This document shows positions 31,942-39,988 of a stretch of DNA of 64,000 nt, piece by piece (within the stretch, counting starts at the first letter, position 1; each line of letters begins with the position of its first letter). Under the pieces are notes generated by a model, which worked only from the letters and a program-made list of their open reading frames with translations, did not search any database and was not told where the DNA came from. Origin of the DNA: a virus; IMG/VR virus record IMGVR_UViG_3300020452_000254, positions 1 to 64,000 of that record. One strand, written 5' to 3'. A program made the position numbers and the translations under genes.

Positions 31942-32032
31942 CTCTTTTTCCTTTATTATAACCATCTTTCCATATAAAGTACACCATAGGTACTAAAATC
32001 AACATATGAAAGATTAATACTGTATATTCCAT
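31913..32032 (-). CDS. small membrane protein (39 aa)
   Basis: MEYTVLIFHMLILVPMVYFIWKDGYNKGKRDAYIHRIKK; TGATG coupling with the panD stop. Confidence 0.5.
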   Translation of the reverse strand: MEYTVLIFHMLILVPMVYFIWKDGYNKGKRDAYIHRIKK

Positions 32033-32418
32033 CAACTCAACCCCAAAAGTTCTCTATAAATTCGGTCTTTGGGGTCTATTATCTTAACTGTAGGAGTATG
32101 ATGCAGTTTACCTGCTTGTAGTGTCTCCATGTTGTCATCAAGTTGTATATAAGAACAAATAATGAGTTCATCACCTACATTGGTCAAATGAGCACCAGCA
32201 CCATTGACACTGACCTCATTTGAACCTCTAGGTAATGGTAGGACATATGTAGTATGTCGGTTACCATTTGTTTTATTATATACATCGACCTGTTCATGAA
32301 TAAGGAGTCCCACCTCATCAATCCAGTCTTCATCTATGAGAATACTACCCTCATAGTCTAAATCTACATCGGTGCAGATACAACCATGTATTTTACTATT
32401 TAAAAATGTTCTAATCAT
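32032..32418 (-). CDS. panD: aspartate 1-decarboxylase proenzyme
   Basis: MIRTFLNSKIH, YEG|SI self-cleavage site, NGNRHTTY (Arg54/Tyr58), NGAGAH, GDELII. Confidence 0.9.
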   Translation of the reverse strand: MIRTFLNSKIHGCICTDVDLDYEGSILIDEDWIDEVGLLIHEQVDVYNKTNGNRHTTYVLPLPRGSNEVSVNGAGAHLTNVGDELIICSYIQLDDNMETLQAGKLHHTPTVKIIDPKDRIYRELLGLS

Positions 32419-32419
32419 A

Positions 32420-32584
32420 TTATTGTATCCAACACACTGGGTAAACACACCAATAAGGATTAAATATCCCCATCATCCATAATATTAGGAGTCCCAGTGG
32501 TATTTTAACCCAAAGTTTATCTTTAGACCACTCTCTAAACCTTAGAGCATGTGGTACTAGTTTATTATATAACCAATTTGTCAT
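32420..32584 (-). CDS. small membrane protein (54 aa)
   Basis: MTNWLYNKLVPHALRFREWSKDKLWVKIPLGLLILWMMGIFNPYWCVYPVCWIQ; abuts both neighbours. Confidence 0.5.
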   Translation of the reverse strand: MTNWLYNKLVPHALRFREWSKDKLWVKIPLGLLILWMMGIFNPYWCVYPVCWIQ

Positions 32585-32585
32585 A

Positions 32586-32726
32586 TTAAAATATCCATAC
32601 TAAAATAGATGTAAATATTACACCTTTCATAAAACAAAACCATGCTAAACCATATTCATCCATATCACACACATCCATGAAGTTCATCATCATTTCTTTG
32701 TGAATATCTAAAATATTTTTTATCAT
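32586..32726 (-). CDS. small membrane protein (46 aa)
   Basis: MIKNILDIHKEMMMNFMDVCDMDEYGLAWFCFMKGVIFTSILVWIF with a GGAG RBS. Confidence 0.6.
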   Translation of the reverse strand: MIKNILDIHKEMMMNFMDVCDMDEYGLAWFCFMKGVIFTSILVWIF

Positions 32727-32913
32727 ATATTCTCCATTCTTATTTAATATTTAGGAGTCCCAAAAAAGTCTTAGGAGTCCCATAACATAATATAATAGCT
32801 TACTATTTCTAGTAAAAAACTTCCCAGAATAAAATAGGGGGTGTCAAAGGCCCAATAAAAAAAATCTAGGAGTCCCAAGCCACTGTGGCCTCAGAGATTC
32901 TCAGAGACTACTC

Positions 32914-34482
32914 TTAGACATCCTCTCTTTCTGGTTGCTCGAAAGTATCTGGTATAATATTAAAGCCATCTGAGGTACAACTGAGTTGCATCTCTAGTCC
33001 ATGTGCAATACTACCTGTCCAAGTGATACCTTCTATCAACAAACTACCATTATGTGTCAACTCATCACCTGTCTTACCTATAGATGTTTGTGTTATGTTA
33101 ACATCAATCATCATACCACATGATAGGTCTGTTCGTCCAGCAATCTGCATATTAATTCTATTAGTTGCAAAGAGTGCTTCAACTCTTTCTCTATTTAACT
33201 TGACATTGACTGCACCATTTGATATACTGGCATCAGATATACTCTCATCTGCTACAACAGTGTCACTCATCTTGTGAGGAGAGTCATAGTCAAAGTCTAC
33301 TGCACTACCATATCTCTTGGTGATAGGGTCACTCTTGAAACCCACTGGGGCAGTCTCTGCGACCTCACCATGAATAAACCCACCATCATTAGGTATTCGT
33401 ATACTCTCTGCACCAAGTCTAAAAGGGGCTCCAACACTTATCTGAGCATCTGTATATTTACCTGTCTCTGACTCATCCATCTTAAATTGTTGAGTAAATT
33501 CGTTATCTATTGTTGTCAACTGCTTGGTAACTGTGTTATAATTGTTCACAGATGCACTATAGAGTCCTCTCTTGTGGTTTTTAAGTGTATTATACATGTT
33601 TATCTTGTTGTAGTCTAGTATATCCCACTTCATACTCTGTTTATTCTCACGATTTAACATAATATTGGGTGAACTATCTCTTATTTCGAACTTATAACCA
33701 CCATCAAGGTACTTTAGAGTCTTCATAGAGGTAATATTATGGTATCTGAACCCCTTAGTACATGTCTGATAGAGGTAATAAGAGTCACCATAGGGCATAG
33801 ACTCCTCTGTTGGGTCTGAGGTGTGGTCTCTCAAGTATCTCAGAGTCTTATTCACAGTCCAATTAGGACATAGGAATGCATGGGTCTCTCCTACAGTACC
33901 ACTCATCACACTGAAATAAGTACCGAGTTCCTTCCCCCCCTTCACGAGGGGTTTCAAAGAGTTTTCATCAGTATTATTTAATTGTTTTTGTTCTGTTTCT
34001 GAGGGAAAAAATAAATGGTCTTTGAATATTTGATTGATTATTTGTCCATTAGTCCCAGAGAAATGCTGAGATATTCTCTTAGTTTGTGCTTCATACATCA
34101 GAGGACTACAAAATCTGAGTCCATATACAGTCTTATTTAAGTCACCTTGATTGTCTCTTAGATAGGATGCAAGTTCATATACACGAAATACTTGATTAAT
34201 ATGGTCTAATTCTTCCTCTTCCTCATCATTCCCTACCATACCACAGAAATGTATTCGAATATATTCTTGTCCAGTAAACATTATTCTATTAAATATATTC
34301 ACATTATCTGCAAGTGTTATAGACCCCTGTAGGAATATATCGTATATACTCTCAGATATCTCAAAAGAGTCTACTAAATCAGTAACATCATACTGTTGAC
34401 CCTCATTATTACTGATAACTACATTAATTAATCTATATGCACTTGGATTGTTATATCCTAAAACATTCTGTTGTTGACTCAT
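32914..34482 (-). CDS. baseplate hub protein (gp27-like)
   Basis: FEISESIY...GSITLADNVN...FTGQEYIRI; lies between gp53 and gp5. Confidence 0.65.
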   Translation of the reverse strand: MSQQQNVLGYNNPSAYRLINVVISNNEGQQYDVTDLVDSFEISESIYDIFLQGSITLADNVNIFNRIMFTGQEYIRIHFCGMVGNDEEEEELDHINQVFRVYELASYLRDNQGDLNKTVYGLRFCSPLMYEAQTKRISQHFSGTNGQIINQIFKDHLFFPSETEQKQLNNTDENSLKPLVKGGKELGTYFSVMSGTVGETHAFLCPNWTVNKTLRYLRDHTSDPTEESMPYGDSYYLYQTCTKGFRYHNITSMKTLKYLDGGYKFEIRDSSPNIMLNRENKQSMKWDILDYNKINMYNTLKNHKRGLYSASVNNYNTVTKQLTTIDNEFTQQFKMDESETGKYTDAQISVGAPFRLGAESIRIPNDGGFIHGEVAETAPVGFKSDPITKRYGSAVDFDYDSPHKMSDTVVADESISDASISNGAVNVKLNRERVEALFATNRINMQIAGRTDLSCGMMIDVNITQTSIGKTGDELTHNGSLLIEGITWTGSIAHGLEMQLSCTSDGFNIIPDTFEQPEREDV

Positions 34483-34486
34483 AGTA

Positions 34487-35242
34487 TTATACTCTTATGA
34501 AACTTTTGAATTCTCTTAGTATCTCTTCGACAAACTCTAGTTTAATGTATCTGATACTTCTCTTATCGTCATTAAACTTTTGCTCATATACCTTGTTAGA
34601 TACTGGTGTATTACCTGTACTTATAGTCGTTTTAATACCCTCTGAGGTCTCGTAATGGTGAGGAGAGTCTTCGAAATTCCGAACCGAACTGAGAGTAAAA
34701 CTCTTGGACGACTTCGACCCTGTGACTGTTTCATTGTTGATGAATGTTCCCTGTATATCGTTTAATACTAGTTGATTATTGGTAGGGTCTATCTTGATGA
34801 CAAATCCAAATGCCGAACTGGTAGAACCTACTACCTTTTCCCCCATCGTGAATGTATGAGGTATTGGTTGATTATTTTCATCTGTATCTGGGTTCTTTGT
34901 GATATCTGTTTGAAATTCAGATACTAATGCTTTACCAGAATACTTTCTTTTTGTATATTTTTCTAGTATTCTTTGTGACATAGGCCAGTCATTATAGGTT
35001 GCAAGGTGGTCGTTTACCATCCAAAACAACCAGTATAGTGTAGGGTCTGCATATAATTTGGTTGCAAGTACATCTGGTCTATCCTGTTCTCCGATATAAT
35101 AATATTCATGACCAGTAATACCTTCTAATGCATTACCTTGTATACGAATATTTCTAAATATATCCTTTGCTTTGATTAAATTACCATCATTCTTAAGGTC
35201 GAAATTAATGGTTGGAAAGTGTTTAAAGTAATTTTGTGGCAT
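34487..35242 (-). CDS. gp53: baseplate wedge subunit gp53
   Basis: YFKHFP; DRPDVLATKLY...YWLFWMVN...DWP; NDDKRSIRYIK. Confidence 0.85.
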   Translation of the reverse strand: MPQNYFKHFPTINFDLKNDGNLIKAKDIFRNIRIQGNALEGITGHEYYYIGEQDRPDVLATKLYADPTLYWLFWMVNDHLATYNDWPMSQRILEKYTKRKYSGKALVSEFQTDITKNPDTDENNQPIPHTFTMGEKVVGSTSSAFGFVIKIDPTNNQLVLNDIQGTFINNETVTGSKSSKSFTLSSVRNFEDSPHHYETSEGIKTTISTGNTPVSNKVYEQKFNDDKRSIRYIKLEFVEEILREFKSFIRV

Positions 35243-36765
35243 TATTGACCCTCTCTAAGTTTAATAACATAATTGTTTACTTTGCTGAATTGGGCCCCTG
35301 TTGTCTGTTTCAATACAATTTCATATTTGTGATGGTCTTTCATTTGAACTAATGCTTCTTTGGCTTTAGCTTCAGTAGAATGCACCTGCCCAACCTTTCT
35401 ATAGGATTGAAATTCATTAAATTCAATATCACTTCCATCTCCTATACTAATCTCTTCATTTGTTTTATTGAATCCCTCATCGTCAGCTCTTCCAGCTTCA
35501 ATATTAATCATATCTTCTATTGTATCTAACTGAGCAGCACCCATTGCATCTGGAGCAACTCTTGCATTGTATCTATGTCTGTCAAGTTGTAATATCTCTT
35601 TAAATGTAAGTGTTAATGTAATACCATTTGGATAATGAGTAATATTACCTGCTTTGTCTGCATTCCCCAAATTAGGGTCATTAGGTTGTGGAACATTTAT
35701 ATCTTCAATAAATGACATATCTTTACCACCAGAATAGTCTACATCTACAGTTGAAAGGAAACAAGTTTGTGGATGTTCTATGTTTCCTAATATAGGCCCT
35801 TTAAAATTAATTTCAAATTCAGCTGGTAATATTTTTAATCTTGGATTAAATGCAGATGAAGTTGGTAATGATAACATTTTAAGTGTTTGAACGATTTTAG
35901 TTATTTCTTGTGCATCTTCTATATTATATGGATTTAAATTAAATGTATAAGTATGGTCTCTTAAAGATACTCCTTGAAATAAATTAAATTTGGGCATATT
36001 ACCCACAACACCTTCTTGTAATGGTCTAAATGATATCATATTATTCGCTGCATTTTTCCATGCTTCTTTAAATCCATCTCCCATTGCATGAAGTGAATTT
36101 ACCGCGATCGATTCATCAAACCTACCTTTACCAAATAAAGAGTTTATTATAGTATCTCCAATACCAACTTCTTTTGTTTCATATTCTACACTAATAACAT
36201 CTTTAACACTATTAGGGAAATATAATGCAATAGTATAACCTTCATTCCATCTATGACCAGAATATGCTTCAAAAGTTTTTTTAGCATTTCTTTGGGCTAC
36301 CATATCATTAGGTTTTACAAATCCTGCTGATGCCATTCTAGCATTGATTGCAGCTGCACCATCTTTTTCTCCATCTTTTACTGTCCCTGTAATATGTTGT
36401 GCATCAATTCTTCTATCAAGAGTTCTGAATACAATCCAGTTGTCAACAAATCTTTGGTCATCTGTAGGGAATCTTAGAGTTTGTTCACTACGAGGTGGTG
36501 AATACATTGAACTTCCAGTATCAGCTTCTCCACCCTCTTGAGCTTCTTTGGCCATCTTTTTTCTAAACTCTGCAGCTTGTGTTGCTTCTTCTGTAATTTT
36601 TGTTGGAATATTTGATATTTGTATACCAGTTTTCATTGCAATTAAATCATCTAATGCACCAGATATTTTTGAGTTAAACAATTGCTGTTTTCCACCTAAT
36701 GCAGAATTAAGGTCTTCTTTGACTGACCCTAATATGTTTGATTTAAGTTTGTTAAAAAATCCCAT
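35242..36765 (-). CDS. gp48: baseplate tail-tube cap gp48-like
   Basis: LRFP, IALYFP, FQGVSLRDHTYTFNL, CFLSTVDVDY, LTLTFKEI. Confidence 0.75.
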   Translation of the reverse strand: MGFFNKLKSNILGSVKEDLNSALGGKQQLFNSKISGALDDLIAMKTGIQISNIPTKITEEATQAAEFRKKMAKEAQEGGEADTGSSMYSPPRSEQTLRFPTDDQRFVDNWIVFRTLDRRIDAQHITGTVKDGEKDGAAAINARMASAGFVKPNDMVAQRNAKKTFEAYSGHRWNEGYTIALYFPNSVKDVISVEYETKEVGIGDTIINSLFGKGRFDESIAVNSLHAMGDGFKEAWKNAANNMISFRPLQEGVVGNMPKFNLFQGVSLRDHTYTFNLNPYNIEDAQEITKIVQTLKMLSLPTSSAFNPRLKILPAEFEINFKGPILGNIEHPQTCFLSTVDVDYSGGKDMSFIEDINVPQPNDPNLGNADKAGNITHYPNGITLTLTFKEILQLDRHRYNARVAPDAMGAAQLDTIEDMINIEAGRADDEGFNKTNEEISIGDGSDIEFNEFQSYRKVGQVHSTEAKAKEALVQMKDHHKYEIVLKQTTGAQFSKVNNYVIKLREGQ

Positions 36766-36809
36766 ATAAATACTCCTAAGTATATTTAGTTATGTATAAG
36801 GTATTTATA
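36765..36809. promoter_or_regulatory. divergent pair of late promoters
   Basis: TATAAATA on + at 36765-36772 (gp4) and on - at 36802-36809 (gp48). Confidence 0.7.
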
Positions 36810-37240
36810 TGAGTTACAAGGGAAGATTTAAACCAAAACAATATAAAAAGTATAAAGGTGACCCTACGAAGATTGTTTATCGTTCTATGTGGGAGTTAAG
36901 GTTTATGAAATATTGTGATAAGACTCCTAGCATATTAGAATGGTCTAGTGAAGAGATTGTAATACCCTATCGTGGATTAGATAAAAAGATTCATCGTTAT
37001 TTCCCAGACTTCTGGATAAAATATAAAAATGCTCAAGGTAATATTCTATGTGAAGTTATAGAAGTAAAACCTAAAAGACAAACACAAAGACCTATCAAGA
37101 AAAATAAACCTTATGGTAAATACTTAAAAGAATCAAGAACTTATGGTATTAATCAATTAAAGTGGGAAGCTGCAAGAGAATATTGCAAAGATAGAAACTA
37201 CAAATTTAGAATACTAACAGAAGACCATCTTGTTAAATAA
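36809..37240 (+). CDS. gp4: head completion nuclease gp4
   Basis: YKGRFKP...KYKGDP...YRSMWE...WSSEE...HRYFPDF...IEVKP...KWEAA. Confidence 0.9.
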   Translation: MSYKGRFKPKQYKKYKGDPTKIVYRSMWELRFMKYCDKTPSILEWSSEEIVIPYRGLDKKIHRYFPDFWIKYKNAQGNILCEVIEVKPKRQTQRPIKKNKPYGKYLKESRTYGINQLKWEAAREYCKDRNYKFRILTEDHLVK

Positions 37241-37376
37241 ACGAAACCCCAAGTCCTTCTAACTCTTCAGCAGGTAACTTGGGGTCTCTGGGTTAGGTCT
37301 GTTATCTCACAATCGTTATTTGTTTTTGACTCCATTTTTCAGGCAAGGGAACGACACCTCGACTTTCCTAACTTAC
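37241..37376 (-). ncRNA. candidate small structured RNA (~135 nt)
   Basis: Own consensus sigma70 promoter, GTTAGG/CCTAAC pairing, terminal ACCCCAAGT/ACTTGGGGT stem with U-rich tail; no convincing ORF. Confidence 0.5.
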
Positions 37377-37382
37377 AAATGT

Positions 37383-37412
37383 ATTATAACAAATTATGTA
37401 CCTACCTGTCAA
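37383..37412 (-). promoter_or_regulatory. sigma70-type promoter TTGACA-18-TATAAT with TAGGTACA box
   Basis: TTGACAggTAGGTACAtaattTGtTATAAT. Confidence 0.75.
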
Positions 37413-37417
37413 TGTGG

Positions 37418-37425
37418 TATAAATA
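37418..37425 (+). promoter_or_regulatory. late promoter TATAAATA
   Basis: Exact match 5 bp before the gp2 ATG at 37431. Confidence 0.7.
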
Positions 37426-37430
37426 CATGT

Positions 37431-38015
37431 ATGGCAGGTAAACTATTTGATAAATTAGAAAGAGAAGCATTTCGTGGTGGTATCCAAGCTAGAACTAAGG
37501 AGTCCATGAGATGGTTTCGTACTCGTGTAGCTCAAATAAAAGGTGTAAGTAGACAAGAACTGTTAAGAGATGCAAAGACTAGAAAGAGACAAATCTTTGG
37601 TGACATGTATATGTACATGTATGACCCAAAACATAAAAAAACCTTACCTTACTATGATAGGTTTCCATTGTGTATACCAGTAGAACCTGCTAAAGGTGGA
37701 TTTTATGGATTGAATCTGCATTATCTACCACATACATTACGAGCACAGTTTTTAGATGCATTGTATAATACAACAAATAACGATAAATATGATGCAACAA
37801 CAAGATTTAAATTAACATATCAATTGTTAAAAGGTATCAGTGGTAAACCTTATTATAAAGCATGTTATAAACATTACCTCTCATCTAATGTAAGAAGTGC
37901 ATTTGCAAAAGTAGATAGTGCAGACTGGGAAATTGCAATCTTCTTACCAATAGAATCATTTAAAAAGGCAAGTGTTGGAACAGTCTGGAAAGAAAGTAGG
38001 AAAAAAGTCGTATGA
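37431..38015 (+). CDS. gp2: DNA end protector gp2
   Basis: YMYDPKHKKTLPYYDRFPL...GLNLHYLP...KHYL; start set at MAGKLF. Confidence 0.9.
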   Translation: MAGKLFDKLEREAFRGGIQARTKESMRWFRTRVAQIKGVSRQELLRDAKTRKRQIFGDMYMYMYDPKHKKTLPYYDRFPLCIPVEPAKGGFYGLNLHYLPHTLRAQFLDALYNTTNNDKYDATTRFKLTYQLLKGISGKPYYKACYKHYLSSNVRSAFAKVDSADWEIAIFLPIESFKKASVGTVWKESRKKVV

Positions 38016-38641
38016 AAATAGACAGATTTAGAAGTAAAATTGATAACTTATCAAGAGCAAATAGATACAATGTATCTTTCTTTGGAACTGGTGGAAAAAC
38101 CACTGGTCTCTCAATTAGAGGTACAAGGTGTGAGTCTGCAACATTACCTGGCCGAGGGTTCTTTGCAGTAGAAGATTCAGAATATGGGCCTAAAAGAGCA
38201 ATACCACATAAACCACAATATGATGCATTTGATTGTACATTCTATATGACAAATGACATGGAAGATAGAGAGTTAATTGAAATTTGGATGAATCAAATAA
38301 ATGGATTTGATGGTGGAAACTTTCATAGTAAATTTCATGACGATTACAGAGGTATCATATATGTTGAAGCACTTAACATGCATGGAAGACCTAATTATCG
38401 TTGTATGATGGCAGATGCATTTCCGATGCAGTTGGGTGTAATTAATTTAGGTTATGCAAACACAGACATTCTTAAATTTAATGCACAATTTAGGTATAGA
38501 CACTGGGTTGGTGAATTTATGAACTCAAAACAAAAAGGTTTAATTACTGGGTTCATGGGTAAACACCTAAATAAATTAGATAGAAAGATTAGAAACAAAA
38601 TTGAAGAAGACATGTTTGGAGACTTGGATTCTTTTTATTAA
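38012..38641 (+). CDS. tail tube-like protein (gp19/gp54 family)
   Basis: LSRANRY...CESATLPGR...AFP...FRYRHW. Confidence 0.75.
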   Translation: MKIDRFRSKIDNLSRANRYNVSFFGTGGKTTGLSIRGTRCESATLPGRGFFAVEDSEYGPKRAIPHKPQYDAFDCTFYMTNDMEDRELIEIWMNQINGFDGGNFHSKFHDDYRGIIYVEALNMHGRPNYRCMMADAFPMQLGVINLGYANTDILKFNAQFRYRHWVGEFMNSKQKGLITGFMGKHLNKLDRKIRNKIEEDMFGDLDSFY

Positions 38642-38665
38642 GGTAAATAATGATAGGAGTATATT

Positions 38666-39400
38666 ATGGGATTACCAAGACTTAACACTGTTGAGTATTT
38701 TGAGACATTACCTGTTTCAAAGATAGAAGTAAAGTACAGACCTTTTAATGTAGGTGAACAAAAAGTACTATTACAAGCAATAGAAGAGGGTGAACAAAAA
38801 GCCATCTCTAATGCATTAATATCTTTGTTGAGGGTATGTTCAGATTTACAAGATAGTCGTTTGAAAATAGAACAACTAAGTAATACAGATTTAGAATGGT
38901 TGTTTGTTAAAATAAGAGCTAAATCTGTAGGTGAAAACACCAAGATATTGTTAGGATGTATTGACCAACCTACTTGTGATGGACAATCAGAAATAGATGT
39001 TAACTTTAATGACCTTGAAATTGAAGGAGAAGTTAAAGATGGTAAAATACAACTAACAGACAATATTGGTGTAGTTATAAGAGTACCTAGTTACAATGAT
39101 GTAGATAGAGTTCTCGATATAGGTATTGCTGATGGAGAAATGTCTACATCAATTGTATATAAATTGTTAAATAAATGTATTCTACAAGTTTTTGATGCAG
39201 ATAATGTTTATGATACAAAAGAATTTACTGAACAAGAAATAGATGATTTTATTAATGAATTATCTGTTAATCAGTTTAATGTAATCATGGAATGGTTCAG
39301 TTCAGTTCCTAAATTAGTTTATAATGCAGAGTTTTCATGTAGTAAGTGTGGGAAAGAACAAACCCAACAACTTACTGGGTTACAGAATTTTTTCGTATAG
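38666..39400 (+). CDS. gp26: baseplate hub assembly protein gp26
   Basis: MGLP...YRPFNVGEQKVLL...DLEWLFVKIRAKSVGE...CSKC...GLQNFF. Confidence 0.9.
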   Translation: MGLPRLNTVEYFETLPVSKIEVKYRPFNVGEQKVLLQAIEEGEQKAISNALISLLRVCSDLQDSRLKIEQLSNTDLEWLFVKIRAKSVGENTKILLGCIDQPTCDGQSEIDVNFNDLEIEGEVKDGKIQLTDNIGVVIRVPSYNDVDRVLDIGIADGEMSTSIVYKLLNKCILQVFDADNVYDTKEFTEQEIDDFINELSVNQFNVIMEWFSSVPKLVYNAEFSCSKCGKEQTQQLTGLQNFFV

Positions 39401-39582
39401 CCCTTTCTCATGATACTCTTGCAAATTACATTCAGACTAATTTTGGGTTAATCCAACATCACAGTTGGTCATTAACAGAACTGGACTCAATGTTGCCATG
39501 GGAAAGGGAGATATATGTATCTCTCTTAGTACAATTCCTTGAAGATGAGGAGTTGAAGATGAAACAATCACAAAATAAATAA
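39388..39582 (+). CDS. gp51: gp51-like baseplate hub assembly chaperone, probably reached by -1 frameshift from gp26
   Basis: NYIQTNFGLIQHHSWSLTELDSMLPWEREIYVSLL; no ATG before the conserved part; T TTT TTC at 39388-39394. Confidence 0.7.
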   Translation, partial: FFRIALSHDTLANYIQTNFGLIQHHSWSLTELDSMLPWEREIYVSLLVQFLEDEELKMKQSQNK

Positions 39583-39594
39583 TAGGAGAGTATT

Positions 39595-39975
39595 ATGGGT
39601 GACGATAGAGAAAGGTTTGGTGGTGATATGTCACGAAACGAAGTGGAGATGGACTTAAGCAAGTTCATGGAGATGATTCAAGAGAATGGTGCTTTAAAGG
39701 ATGAGATAAGAGACCTTAAAGCGAACGACACAGTAAATCCATGGCAGAAGTGGGTTCACCTTGCAAGAACAGTTGATGCATGGAGAATTTGGCCTCGTGC
39801 ATTTTTAAGTGTTTACATATTCTTAGTGTATTACGCTGCAATATGGTTTATGGACTTACCAGAACCATCGATGGAACAATCTGGTCTTATCAGTATATTG
39901 GTAGGTGCTGGAGCTGCATGGTTTGGACTATATGTCAATTCCGCTGCAAAAGAACACGATACAAACAACAAATAG
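39595..39975 (+). CDS. small two-TM membrane protein (holin-like candidate)
   Basis: DAWRIWPR followed by two hydrophobic helices; AGGAG RBS. Confidence 0.55.
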   Translation: MGDDRERFGGDMSRNEVEMDLSKFMEMIQENGALKDEIRDLKANDTVNPWQKWVHLARTVDAWRIWPRAFLSVYIFLVYYAAIWFMDLPEPSMEQSGLISILVGAGAAWFGLYVNSAAKEHDTNNK

Positions 39976-39988
39976 GTAGTAAAGACTC

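Larger units (their letters stand above)
32303..32877 (+). repeat. five direct copies of AGGAGTCCCA
   Basis: Copies start at 32303, 32487, 32753, 32773 and 32868. Confidence 0.8.

Noticed and set aside
2049-36769. Many + strand ORFs of 60-170 aa antisense to structural genes
   Set aside because: Shadow frames of codon-biased minus-strand genes; no RBS or recognisable motifs
37320-37430. N-terminal extension of gp2 in the ORF track
   Set aside because: The late promoter at 37418 and the ATG at 37431 define the likely start; the upstream sequence holds the antisense promoter and RNA
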